A stretch of DNA of 63,128 bases, the filler included, from Stramenopiles sp. TOSAG23-6 (taxonomy: Eukaryota): NCBI GenBank assembly GCA_900128565.1. It is 47 parts of 47 records of this genome, joined end to end, with 100 filler letters (N's around TTAATTAATTAA, not from the genome) between each part and the next. Parts side by side here need not be neighbours in the genome. Positions count along the whole stretch, not along the records: positions 12,219 to 13,473 come from LT639396.1; positions 13,574 to 14,827 come from LT639397.1; positions 14,928 to 16,180 come from LT639398.1; positions 16,281 to 17,532 come from LT639399.1; positions 17,633 to 18,883 come from LT639400.1; positions 18,984 to 20,234 come from LT639401.1; positions 20,335 to 21,584 come from LT639402.1; positions 21,685 to 22,934 come from LT639403.1; 39 more parts are not named here. One strand, given 5' to 3'. The notes beneath the pieces were generated by a model. It had not been told where the DNA came from. It was given only the letters and a program-made list of their open reading frames with translations, and did no database searches. The position numbers and the translations under genes were made by a program. Of this stretch, positions 12,328 through 24,585 are shown one piece after another (the first letter of the stretch is position 1; every line of letters begins with the position of its first letter).

Positions 12328-13386
12328 ATGGGTAGAGGTAGGGGTAAGAAGAGGAAGCATTGGAGCATAGCTGAAATAGCAAAGCTACATGAACTGTGTG
12401 AAAGGACTCCAAGACCAAGAGCTCATGTTATGGCAGATATGATGTTAAAAGAATTTCCTAATTCAAGGAATTATACAGATCATATGATTAATGGGGCAAT
12501 TCGAAATCATGTTACAACTGGTAGGAAGCGGCCAAAGATGTGGAGCAAAGCTGAAATAGCAAAGCTCAAGGAACTGTGTGAAATAAACCCCAGACCAGTA
12601 GCTCATGTTATGGCAGATATGATGTTAAAAGAATTTCCTAATTCAAGGAATTATACAGATCATATGATTAATGGGGCAATTCGANATCATGTTTACAATA
12701 AAACAACTGGTACAATTAAAAAACAAACTCGTTGGAGCCGTTGGAGCAAAGCTGAAATAGCAAAGCTCAAGGAACTGAGTGAAAGAAACACAAGACCAAC
12801 ATATCAGGTAATTTCAGATATTATGTCAAAAGAATTTCCTAATTCAAGAAATTATTCATATGCTGTGATTGAGGGGGCAATGAATAATCATATTTACAAA
12901 AACAACAGTAATATAATTAAATTTGAAAAAGCAACTTGTTGGAGCAAAGCTGAAATAGCAAAGCTCAAGGAACTATGTGTAATAAACCCAAGACCAACAT
13001 ATCAGGTTATGGCAGATATGATGTCAAAAGAATTTCCTAATTCAAGGAATTATACTTCATCATCGATTTATGCAAAAGTTCAAAGACTTGCTCAAGTGGA
13101 AGTGGAAGATGATCTTGTTGATGCTATTGGGGATGATGCTATTGTAATTTCTTCAGATGAAGAAAATACTTTAGATGAAGAAAATACTTCAGACGAAGAA
13201 AATACTTCAGACGAAGAAAACAATGAACCAACTGTAAGTCAATGTGTTGAAAAGATAAAGTTTGAACTTGGTATTGTTGGTGAGCCTTTTGAAGTGATAA
13301 ATTCTGCATGTCAAAAGTTAGGAATTATCACAAATAATGAAAACATTCGCCAAAAAGCAATATTATGTTATAATCAATTGTCTTAA
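12328..13386 (+). CDS. Protein with four tandem Myb/SANT-like repeats and an acidic tail
   Basis: Four W-S-x-AEIAKL...EFPNSRNY units. Intronless. Confidence 0.75.
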   Translation: MGRGRGKKRKHWSIAEIAKLHELCERTPRPRAHVMADMMLKEFPNSRNYTDHMINGAIRNHVTTGRKRPKMWSKAEIAKLKELCEINPRPVAHVMADMMLKEFPNSRNYTDHMINGAIRXHVYNKTTGTIKKQTRWSRWSKAEIAKLKELSERNTRPTYQVISDIMSKEFPNSRNYSYAVIEGAMNNHIYKNNSNIIKFEKATCWSKAEIAKLKELCVINPRPTYQVMADMMSKEFPNSRNYTSSSIYAKVQRLAQVEVEDDLVDAIGDDAIVISSDEENTLDEENTSDEENTSDEENNEPTVSQCVEKIKFELGIVGEPFEVINSACQKLGIITNNENIRQKAILCYNQLS

Positions 13387-13573
13387 AAACTTGATTATTT
13401 ATTCTTAATTTCTTCAGAAATAATTCTATGAATAAATATCTCTTTATTTTTCAATGCATCCAATATATATATANNNNNNNNNNNNNNNNNNNNNNNNNNN
13501 NNNNNNNNNNNNNNNNNTTAATTAATTAANNNNNNNNNNNNNNNNNNNNNNNNNNNNNNNNNNNNNNNNNNNN

Positions 13574-14002
13574 AAATGTTATAAAACTTCTGTAAAATGG
13601 TATACAAAAGCTGCGAAACAAGGCTGCCCGAGAGCACAGTGTAATCTTGGTCGATGTTTTTATAATGGTTATGGTGTCAAATGTTATGAAACTGCTGCTG
13701 AATGGTTTACAAAAGCTGCAAATCAAGGCCACGTGGGCGCACAGTTAAATCTTGCTCTATGTTATGAAAACGGTTATGGTGTTGATAAATGTCTGAAAAC
13801 TGCAGCAAAATGGAACAGAAAAGCAGAAAAGTTTATGAAATACACAGATAATGATATGTTAAGAGAGATCATAATGGAACGGAGTAAATCGAAATGTTTT
13901 ACTTGTGGTAAAGATGATAGAAAATACATTGGAAGAGTTCACATAAAAAAGAATGTCGCAAAGTGTAAAGTGATAAGAATAAATTGGTTGAATCGAATAT
14001 AA
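13574..14002 (+). CDS. Sel1-repeat protein with internally deleted MYND finger (paralog of 3584-3977)
   Basis: Sel1 repeats, then CFTCGK, then out-of-frame WKSSHKKEC. Confidence 0.7.
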   Translation, partial: KCYKTSVKWYTKAAKQGCPRAQCNLGRCFYNGYGVKCYETAAEWFTKAANQGHVGAQLNLALCYENGYGVDKCLKTAAKWNRKAEKFMKYTDNDMLREIIMERSKSKCFTCGKDDRKYIGRVHIKKNVAKCKVIRINWLNRI

Positions 14003-14155
14003 TGAATTAATTAAATTTTGTTAAATTTGTATGAAAAATAAAATATTGTCAATTTAATTTGCTAAATTAGAAATTCAAACCTCGGCGGCATCAGTCAAAA
14101 ATACGTAGGAAGAATATACGAATTCGGCAATAAAAGCAAATTTTTAAGCAATTAG

Positions 14156-14664
14156 AATGATGAGAGAAGAAAACCTTGTTAAAAGTTTGTAATTCTCTGA
14201 ATTGGGCAAAGGGTTTATCAGCTAAACGCCCATTTGCTAATTTTAGTGCATTAGCTCGTAGCGCTACATCCGTTTGGAATACTTTGAAGATTTCTGATTA
14301 TAAAGACGCATTCAAAGGCCATCCACGTATTGGTGGAAATAAGGATAAATCACATGCTCGTAAACGTTCCAAGTGGGCCAAGGAAGAAAGTAAAGGTGTA
14401 TTAGGTGCATCTGAGGCAACTATTCGAGCATTACAGGAAGAAAACGATGCCTATTATGAAAAATTCGGTTTTGTATTCCTTGTATGTGCTACTGGATTAT
14501 CTGCCAAAGAAATGTTAGATATGCTTCGCATACGGGCTCACAATTCTGTAGATGATGAAATTATAAATGCGGCCGCAGAAGAAGCTAAAATCACTCAACT
14601 TCGATTAAAAAAATTATTTCCCTCAGATTCTGAAACTATACAAAGTTCACTTTCCAACTTATAA
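14156..14664 (+). CDS. URAD: OHCU decarboxylase (urate degradation); start uncertain
   Basis: RPF, AFKGHPRIG, YYEKFGFVFLVCATG, EEAKITQLRL. Confidence 0.92.
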
Positions 14665-14986
14665 TTTTCTAAAGTATACTAAATAAAATAAAAACATCAA
14701 TAGCAACGAAAATTTATTTTGTTTCATACCTATACAACCCACATCAAAATCGTACACTTGCATAATCACTTCGAGATGTGTTACACATACTACAATAAAA
14801 ATCAGTTTTTCGAGTAAAAAAAGAACANNNNNNNNNNNNNNNNNNNNNNNNNNNNNNNNNNNNNNNNNNNNTTAATTAATTAANNNNNNNNNNNNNNNNN
14901 NNNNNNNNNNNNNNNNNNNNNNNNNNNTTTCATACGAAATTTTATACCTAACAAATTTTTTTGATTTTTTTTTTTTCACAAAACAT

Positions 14987-15690
14987 GAACAATATGAAGA
15001 TAAGTCAAATGTTTGTTTTATATGTAACATAGACCGAAATACATTTGAAAGTGAAAATATATCATTTAGTAAACATATTAAACAAGATCATTATATGTGG
15101 GATTATTTGCAATTTTTAATGCATCTTCGTACAAAAGATTCTGTATGTTTTTTTTCCTTTGGACTTTATTTAAAAAAAAAAAANNNNNNNNNNNNCAAAA
15201 AAAAAATTTCAAAAAAAAAATTTTGTACCTAACATTTTTTTTCAAGATTTATGTTTCACAATATAGGAAGATTTCAATGGTTTAGAAGATTATGTCATGG
15301 ATTGTTTACAAACTCAATCTATTGAATGGGTTCCTGTCAACAGAGCTATAATTTTAGAAAATAATGAACAAAATGAAAATAATGAAAATTTTAATCATCA
15401 AGACGATGAAAATGATTCAAAAATGAAAAAAATGAAAGATAATTTAAATATTGTTATTCAAAAGATGGATGAGGAAATTAAAGAAGTGAATGTACAAGTT
15501 CGAAAAGTATCAATAGAATTATCTACNNNNNNNNNNNNNNNNNNNNNNNNNNNNNNNNNNNNNNNNNNNNNNNNGAAAAGTATCAAAAGAATTATCTACA
15601 AAAAATGAAATAGTACAGAAATATACACGAAATATCAAGAAATGTGTGAAAGAATTATCAAAAGTGGATCGCTCTAGTCTTTTAGAATAA
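14987..15690 (+). CDS. IP3/ryanodine receptor-type Ca2+ channel, C-terminal end
   Basis: CFICNIDRNTF...HIKQDHYMWDYL...KDS|EDFNGLEDYV...EWVP. Confidence 0.9.
15143..15266 (+). other. Family intron with canonical GT...AG ends
   Basis: TCT|GTATGT ... TCACAATATAG|GAA. The AG sits where other copies have AT. Confidence 0.9.
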
Positions 15691-17074
15691 AACAAAAATG
15701 TCCAAAAACAATATGAAAATGAAAATAAATTTATTTTTTCAATCATCAAAAATCAAAAATATAATTCGAATTGTGCAGTTTTTTTATTTTATGGGGTTTT
15801 TTTTTCAACCAAAAAACAAAAAACAAAAAAAAACAAACAAAAAACAAAAAACAAACATTATTTTGATTTGATTTTTGATGTTTTTTGTCAAAATGTTTGA
15901 TTTTTGTTGTATACGATTTTTTATAATGGTGTGATATACCTTTAAAACGTAATATGTCGACAGGAATGCAGAGTAAAGTTTTTTCATCAAACTCAAAATT
16001 TTCTTGTTTTGTCTCACATGCTAAATTTAACTCCTTTTGAAGTTCTGTAGAGTTTTTTTTTATTTTTGTCTTTATTTTTTGTAAGTCTACACAAATTCGA
16101 CAATTTGATATATTTGGTTTTTTTGTGTCCATGTATTTTGTAAAAATATTTCAAAAAAAAAAATTTCAATTTGTTAGGTANNNNNNNNNNNNNNNNNNNN
16201 NNNNNNNNNNNNNNNNNNNNNNNNTTAATTAATTAANNNNNNNNNNNNNNNNNNNNNNNNNNNNNNNNNNNNNNNNNNNNTGTACGTTTTCAAAATTGAA
16301 TTTCGAATTTTTTTTTCATAGAAAATTTTGTACCTGACAAATTTTTTTTACCGAAAAAAAAATAATATTTTTCCAAAATATATGCTGCGCAATCACTCGA
16401 TATGACCTATGACTCGGTGCCTATATCTGGTATATCTAATATTGAAGAAAATAAGAAAAAATGGGGATATTTCAATTCTTCTGTGATTGTACCTATCAAA
16501 TCTTTAAGGACGATCATAGAGCAACGCTTATGGCAGTGAAATATTTTTTCGTACCAATTTCTGTATTCAAATAAATAACCGACAAAAAAAATGTCTTCTT
16601 TGTCGAATATTATGTTATTACCCGGTAATAAAATAAACGCGTGTCAGAATTCGTCTCACCTTCTCTCGGTCACCACAACAAACAAGCCAACAACAAACAA
16701 TAGTGTTACTGGGAAAAAAGTAGTACCTAGTCCTATATTTCAGTCAGTGACCAAAGTAGTGCACCAAGATTGGAAGATATACAGACTAATTTACGGCATC
16801 CCCAAGGTAATAATTACTAAATATGCTTAGACGTAAACCTACGGGCATTGAACTCAAGGAAGAAGACGTACAAGAATTGGAACAGGCAATTGCGGAAAAG
16901 GAAAAAAATAAGTCTACAAACAAAACTAACTCACAACAAAAGGTATCCGACAAAAGGAAAGAAATCGCTCGTCGTATTGGTCACGAGTAAGCTGAATAAA
17001 AGTATATACTTAACGCCGGATTCTGTTTTTCTTTCCAAATATAGTGGATATTATAGAAGAATACCGCAAGCAAA

Positions 17075-17532
17075 ATGTCTCAGCGAGAAATCATCACTTT
17101 ACAGTTTGGAACCCAGTCAAACTTCGTTGGGAGTCACTTCTGGAATTTGCAAAATCCAAATGCAGGTTGCCAAGTCACAAAACCAGCAACTAGTGGGGTT
17201 CAAACAATACCTGGTGCTACCACATCAAAAATTGGGCAAAGTAATGCTGAAAATATTGACGAATGCGTTCTTTTCCGCTCTGGTTCTACTGAAATTGGTG
17301 TAAATACGAAGTCGCCAAGGTTGCTACTTTTTGATATAAAAGACAATTTAGGCCCACTTCGCCAGGATGGTTATCAATACTATCAGTCTATCTATCGAAA
17401 CCCATATGAAGAATGTATTCAACCTGTGTGGAAGGGAGCTGTGGAATGTTTTAATAGCTCTAGTGTTCAAAGTGAAGTATCATCGGAGCCACTCGGAACG
17501 TATTGGAGTGATTACCTTCGTTGCCCATTACA
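17075..17532 (+). CDS. MSTO1: Misato/DML1 tubulin-like protein, N-terminus
   Basis: REIITLQFG...NFVGSHFWN, PRLLLFD, YWSDYL. Confidence 0.9.
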
Positions 17533-17632
17533 NNNNNNNNNNNNNNNNNNNNNNNNNNNNNNNNNNNNNNNNNNNNTTAATTAATTAANNNNNNNNNNNN
17601 NNNNNNNNNNNNNNNNNNNNNNNNNNNNNNNN

Positions 17633-18883
17633 TATAGATTGTACTAATCAAGACAAATATATTTGATATCATTGTTGTTTATTCATTTGTGTTATTCTTG
17701 TGCTATTGTTGATGTTGTTTGGCGTATTTTATAGATTGTGCTAATCAAAACAAATATATTTGATATCATTGTTGTTTATTCATTTGTGTTATACTTCTGA
17801 TATTGTTGATGGTGATTTTGGTACTTTATAGATTGCACTAATTCAGCCAAACATTTTTGATATCATTGTTGTTACATTAATTTTTTTTAATAATCATAAT
17901 ATTGTTGATGTTGTTTTCCGTATTTTATAGATTGTACTAATCAAGACAAATATCTTTGATACCATTGTTGTTTATTCATTCGTTTTATACTTGTGATTTT
18001 GTTGATGTTGTTTTTTGTATTTTAAAGATTGTACTAATCGAGACAAATATATTTCATATCATTGTTGTTTATTTATTCGTTTTATAATTGTGATATTGTT
18101 GATGTTGTTTTTCGTATTTTATAGATTGTACAAATCAAGACAAATATATTTGATATCATTTTTGTTTATTTATTTGTTTTATAATTATGATATTGTTGAT
18201 CTTGTTTTGGGCATTTTATAGATTGTACAAATCAAATTAAACATATTCGATATCATTGTTGTTTTTTTATTTGTTTTATAATTGTGGTATTGTTGATCTT
18301 GTTTCAAGTATTTTATAGATTGTACAAATCTCGACAAATATAGTTGATATAATTGTTGTTTATTTATTCGTTTTATAATTGTAATATTGTTGATGTTGTA
18401 GATGTTGTACTGAGTATCTTAAAGATTGTACTAATCAAGGTAAATGCATTTGATATCATCGTTGTTTATTCATTTGTTTTATACTTGTGATATTGTTGAT
18501 GTTGCTGCGCGTATTTTATAGATTGTACAAATCAAGACAAATATATTTGATATCATTGTTGTTTGTTCATTGGTTTTATTATTGTGATATTGTTGATGTT
18601 GTTTTGCGTATTTATAGATTATACTAATCATGAGAAATATATTTGATATCATTTTTGTTTATTCATTTCCTTTATAATTGTGATATTGTTAATGTTGTTT
18701 GGAGTATTTTATAGATTGTACTAATCAAAACAAATATATTTGATATCATTTATGTTTATTCATTTGCTTAATAATTGTGATATTGTGGATGTTGTTTGAT
18801 GTATTTTATAGATGTTACGAATCAAGAAAAATATATTTGATATCATTGTTGTTTATTCATTTGTTTTATAATTGTGATATTGT
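17633..18883. repeat. 97-bp tandem satellite, about 13 diverged units
   Basis: TATAGATTG(T)ACTAAT recurs at 17633, 17730, 17827 and onward. Confidence 0.9.
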
Positions 18884-19467
18884 NNNNNNNNNNNNNNNNN
18901 NNNNNNNNNNNNNNNNNNNNNNNNNNNTTAATTAATTAANNNNNNNNNNNNNNNNNNNNNNNNNNNNNNNNNNNNNNNNNNNNACAATAGTCAAACCAAG
19001 AACATCAAACGTAACACCAAGACTAGCGTAAACAACAACTTGATGAAATATGACAATGAAGAGATCAATTCCTAATCTCAAGTCACGTGAAATTCAGATC
19101 AAAAATCACACAAAGTTCGGGTTTTGTCGTTTTTTTTGTGTACAAAAAAACACTAATTGACGAATTCACGCAGCATTATTAGGGTTTTGAAAACTAACCA
19201 TAATTTTAATGATTTCGTGTTATTTTGAAATCAGACTTGAGGAAGGAGGAGTCAGCAAACAAACAATCAGTCTTCTTGATTTGTTATTCATCTGTTGTAT
19301 TTACTGTGAAAAGCAGTCATATTGTAACTGCTTTGTCTGGTTTATTTGTTGTATTTCAATTTAAGATTTACTTCAACGCGCTCTATAGTCATAACTTGTT
19401 GTTTATTTCACTATTGTATAGAATCCTGAATTTATAGTTTACATTCATCTATTATTCTAATTTTTCA

Positions 19468-19954
19468 ATGGCGGATTCTATTAACAATGCTACTTTATCT
19501 ACGAAAGCTAAGAAAACCATATTTCTTGAGAACATGCTGAATGATTTCTTTAAGGCACAGTATGATACATTTTCGAGGTTAAACTCTTTCGTCATTCCAT
19601 CAGAAAAAACAGCAACAAATATTTCAGATAGAATTTTGCTTAATAATTACTCTATCGTATGTATGTCAGGACCACCCGGCTCTGGCAAGAGNNNNNNNNN
19701 NNNNNNNNNNNNNNNNNNNNNNNNNNNNNNNNNNNNNNNNNNNNNNNNNNNNNNNNNNNNNNNNNNNNNNNNNNNNNNNNNNNNNNNNNNNNNNNNNNNN
19801 NNNNNNNNNNNNNNNNNNNNNNNNNNNNTAGAAATGACCTAAATCAATCTGAGGATATAAATATGCACTGGATGTTAGATATTGCTGATTTCGTGTCAAG
19901 TGGAGGAATAGCTCTCATTGGTAATTGTTTTGAGAATGATTTTATCGATATTTT
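19468..19954 (+). CDS. P-loop NTPase fragment (possibly dynein/AAA-like), gapped
   Basis: GPPGSGK Walker A motif. Rest unresolved. Confidence 0.4.
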
Positions 19955-20814
19955 GTACGTTTTAAAAAATGACCTTTTTTTTTTTTATTTTTTTATTTTT
20001 TATTTTTTTTTGATATGAAATTTGAAAGAAGAACAAAAATTGGAGGATATAAATATGCACTGGATGTTAGATATTGCTGATTTCGTGTCAAGTGGAGGAA
20101 TAGCTCTCATTGGTAATTGTTTTGAGAATGATTTTATCGATATTTTGTACGTTTTAAAAAATGACCTTTTTTTTTTTTATTTTTTTATTTTTTATTTTTT
20201 TTTGATATGAAATTTGAAAGAAGAACAAAAATTGNNNNNNNNNNNNNNNNNNNNNNNNNNNNNNNNNNNNNNNNNNNNTTAATTAATTAANNNNNNNNNN
20301 NNNNNNNNNNNNNNNNNNNNNNNNNNNNNNNNNNATCACATACCTGTAACTGTCCATTTTGATTTTGAAAAACAACATAAAAAAATACAGGAAAATAAAC
20401 ATTACTAAACACAACAAAACTTCACACTACATATTTACACTACATTTTAAATTACATTACATCATGAATTATTTCAAATTATTCCCAATTATTACAAATT
20501 ATTACATTTTACATTATTTTTACATTACATTACAAATTATTTCATACATGGTTTGTATTGTATCTATTGATGTACATACATACCGCAGTATTGATGTTGT
20601 ATATTATATAGAAACGTCTACTTATTGTGTTTTTAAAAATGTCAAAAGTTTTACAATAGCTCAATTACTTCAAAAGATACAATAATATGAATGTATATTG
20701 ATAAAAGTGTAAAAAACAAATTATTACAAATTATTCCCATTTATTCAATCCAGTTATGTAGAGTCAAAACACATTGTAGTTGTTGTTGTGTTAAGTTGAG
20801 TTTATACAAATTGT

Positions 20815-21425
20815 TATGATACTGGATTTCAAATCAATATTATTCTTCATATTACATTTGTTTTATATTATAATTGATATATTGTTGACATTATTGTACA
20901 TATTTTATATATTATAATTGATACTACTACTATTCAAATTTATATTATTCTTTATATTATTCATTTGTTTTATATTATAATTGATATATTGTTGACATTA
21001 ATATCTACAATAGAATATTACATAATATATCTACAATAGAATATTATTATAATATGTACAATAGAATATTATTATAATATGTACAATAGAATATTATTGC
21101 AATAGAATATTATTGTATTTATAATTCTACAATAGAATATTATTATAATATGTACAATATAATATTATTGCAATAGAATATTATTGTATTTATAATATCT
21201 ACAATAGAATATTATTATAATATGTACAATAGAATATTACATGATACTACTACTATTCAAATTTATATTATTCTTCATATTATTCATTTGTTTTATATTA
21301 TAATTGATATACTGTTGACATTATTGTACATATTTTATATATTACAATTGATACTACTACTATTCAAATTTATATTATTCATTTGTTTTATATTATAATT
21401 GATATATTGTTGACATCATTGTACA
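20815..21425. repeat. AT-rich compound tandem repeats
   Basis: GATACTACTACTATTCAAATTT units with nested TACAATAGAATATTA units. Confidence 0.75.
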
Positions 21426-21480
21426 GTTTTTTGTTTTTTTTGGTTTCATGATTGTATAATATATAATAATACTATAATAG

Positions 21481-21584
21481 CCACACCAACAACTGCATCA
21501 CCAGCACCAACTGCATCACTAACAGCCGCACCAACAACTGCATCACCAACACTAACTGCAGCACCAACAACTGCATCACCAACG
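21481..21584 (+). CDS. Mucin-like Pro/Thr/Ala repeat exon
   Basis: After TAG: TPTTASPAPTASLTAAPTTASPT. Confidence 0.5.
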
Positions 21585-21684
21585 NNNNNNNNNNNNNNNN
21601 NNNNNNNNNNNNNNNNNNNNNNNNNNNNTTAATTAATTAANNNNNNNNNNNNNNNNNNNNNNNNNNNNNNNNNNNNNNNNNNNN

Positions 21685-22266
21685 TATTTACACTCATTAC
21701 AATGTACTGAAACAAAACCTAAAAGGTACTTTAAAGATAGAACAAAAGCATTTACAATGTTAAATGGTGGATATATGGCTCGTTTTGATTTACAGACACA
21801 AACGTGTGATATAGCAAAAATGAAAGGGAAAAAGATTTGCACAGAAAAATTCCCAAGAAAATATAGAAAAAAACCTCCTGCTCTTAACCCACATTATCCT
21901 GGTGAACAAAAGATCCGTTCGACATTTTGTATTCCGTCCTATATGGATAAGTTTAATTATAAGACTCAATTATGTGATATTGCTCAAGGAAGAAAACATA
22001 AACCTAATACATCTAATACAAAACAACCAACAGGGCGTAAATCTATTATTGTTGATAATCGACAAAATAAAGAAAAAAAGAAAAATTATGGTGTAAAATT
22101 ATTTCAAACATTTTCTAGAAAAAAATGGTGTGGATTTAGACTAGTTGATACTAAAAGTAATATTAAAAGTATTATAAATGAAAGTGGAAATCCATATTTA
22201 AAAAAAAAACCAAGAGTAGATAATAAGATGTCAACTATACTACGTTACAGTAATAATGAATATTGA
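21685..22266 (+). CDS. Hypothetical basic protein, 3' part
   Basis: Open frame with an internal repeated TQxCDIA motif. Confidence 0.5.
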   Translation, partial: YLHSLQCTETKPKRYFKDRTKAFTMLNGGYMARFDLQTQTCDIAKMKGKKICTEKFPRKYRKKPPALNPHYPGEQKIRSTFCIPSYMDKFNYKTQLCDIAQGRKHKPNTSNTKQPTGRKSIIVDNRQNKEKKKNYGVKLFQTFSRKKWCGFRLVDTKSNIKSIINESGNPYLKKKPRVDNKMSTILRYSNNEY

Positions 22267-22371
22267 AAAAAAATCATTTGATTGTGTCCTAATTAATGAA
22301 ATACATCAAATACAATCAATATTGAAAGAATATGTTTGATTATTATTTTTCATTTATAATCTATTTAAATC

Positions 22372-22934
22372 TCATATAAAATTCATAAAGATTACCATAT
22401 AATTCAAGTTGTATATTCTTTTTAGTTTTCTTTCTAATTTCTTTTTTATTACATTTTCATTTCTTTTTCTCTTTTTCTTCTTCTTTTTGTTTTGAATTAA
22501 TAATTGATACGACATGTTATACAATGATTGATAATCATCCTCTTCTGTAAATAATGTACTCGCCAAAGCATCTCTTATTTCAATAATTTCATCACTAGTA
22601 TTGTAAAATCCCCATTCTTTTAATTCATCACAAACATATAGTCTTTTAGTATCCCAAGAAAATGAAAAATATCCTCTTCCTATAGCATCAGTACCAAGTA
22701 ATTGTTGTCTACTATCACATGATCGTATTTGTTGTAATATATTAATACGTTTTGAAAACGCTTTCTTTTCTTCTTCAATATCCTGTACAATATTTAATGC
22801 TAGTTGTATAACTGGAATATCTTCATTCAATTGGCACTGCTTTGCTTTTTTTATCATTTTTTATTGGGACTGGAAATAAACGAACAGATTTTATTGCTGT
22901 CTTCATGGACATGCGACCACGACCACGTCCAAAG
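22372..22934 (-). CDS. WSD/WHIM-motif chromatin protein, 3' part
   Basis: LLGTDAIGRGYF...RLYV...WGFYNTSDEI...DAL resembles WHIM2/3. Confidence 0.6.
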
Positions 22935-23034
22935 NNNNNNNNNNNNNNNNNNNNNNNNNNNNNNNNNNNNNNNNNNNNTTAATTAATTAANNNNNNNNNN
23001 NNNNNNNNNNNNNNNNNNNNNNNNNNNNNNNNNN

Positions 23035-23544
23035 ATCAGGTTTTTCGCAAAAGTTACCACCGAAGCCCTTTTTGCAAATACACAAATTCGTAGATGGATC
23101 ACATTGACCATGTTCACCACATCCTAAAATTTCACACGTGGCATTGGAACATAACACGCCTTCCCATCCCTTTAAACACCAGCATTTCTTATTAGGTGTC
23201 CCATGGCATACACCATGCCCATTGCAAGCGCCAGGTATATCAAGGCACTTGTCGTTCCCCATTGCACACACCTTTTCAAACTTTACTAAGCATTTATTGC
23301 AAGAATATTTCGTCATAATTGAATGACAACACTTTTCTAAACAAGTACATGGACCCTTAATTGGATCGCAGTTATAAGATGGAGCTGGAGATATTACTCT
23401 TTGTTTTACATCTTCTGATTCTTTCGTTATCTTGAATGCATTTCCTCGAAGAATGTGCACTGCCACTACAGTTGACGCATCCAAATTAGCTTGCACAGAA
23501 AGAATGAATGCAATGAAAATCGAACTTTGATAAAATAAATTCAT
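23035..23544 (-). CDS. Secreted EGF-like (tenascin-type) repeat protein, N-terminus
   Basis: Hydrophobic signal peptide; CNGHGVC...CWCLKGWEGVLC; CICKKGFGGNFC. Confidence 0.85.
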
Positions 23545-24585
23545 TAGAACAAATATCCTATCGTCGAAATATAACACTGCTTATTTAAAAGTTTAATAAT
23601 ATTGTGTAATACCTTGTTGTTAAAAGAGNNNNNNNNNNNNNNNNNNNNNNNNNNNNNNNNNNNNNNNNNNNNNNNNNNNNNNNNNNNNNNNNNNNNNNNN
23701 NNNNNNNNNNNNNNNNNNNNNNNNNNNNNNNNNNNNNNNNNNNNNNNNNNNNNNNNNNNNNNNNNNNNNNNNNNNNNNNNNNNNNNNNNNNNNNNNNNNN
23801 NNNNNNNNNNNNNNNNNNNNNNNATATATCTTACTCAAACACGTGAATGGCAGAGACAAAGGTATCTCCAGCTGAAGGGGGGGCGTCCACTCAAGATACC
23901 AAATGGCTAATGATGTGCTCACGCTATACGCTGGACAAGGGAGCATCTGAAGGGCTCGAGGATGGTGCCGGGGAAATTATCCCTACATGCTGCGACTCAA
24001 AGGGAGGATGGACGGATTTGTACGCACTTCATTGCGGATGTTGTACTATTGGATATATCTTACTCAAACACGTGAATGGCAGAGACAAAGGTATCTCCAG
24101 CTGAAGGGGGGGCGTCCACTCAAGATACCAAATGGCTAATGATGTGCTCACGCTATACGCTGGACAAGGGAGCATCTGAAGGGCTCGAGGATGGTGCCGG
24201 GGAAATTATCCCTACATGCTGCGACTCAAAGGGAGGATGGACGGATTTGTACGCACTTCATTGCGGATGTTGTACTATTGGATNNNNNNNNNNNNNNNNN
24301 NNNNNNNNNNNNNNNNNNNNNNNNNNNTTAATTAATTAANNNNNNNNNNNNNNNNNNNNNNNNNNNNNNNNNNNNNNNNNNNNTAATGAATAATTGTCAT
24401 GTGTTTCTTGTAACTTCAACTCTATTTTTATGCGCATTTCTAAATAATAAAATTATTCATAGTATATATACATTGAATTTTGTGCTGATGTTTTTATATA
24501 TTTTATTAGATATTTTTTAATGTAAATGATCAGATTTCGTACCTAAGGGGCACCCAATCGTACTAAAGCTTTGTGAAGTATATTT

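Noticed and set aside
17633-18883. CRISPR-like array
   Set aside because: The whole unit is repeated with no unique spacers, and the context is eukaryotic.
23824-24283. Exact tandem duplications next to gaps (also 19851-20234 and 55964-56464)
   Set aside because: Identical copies at contig ends beside N runs indicate scaffolding overlap artefacts.
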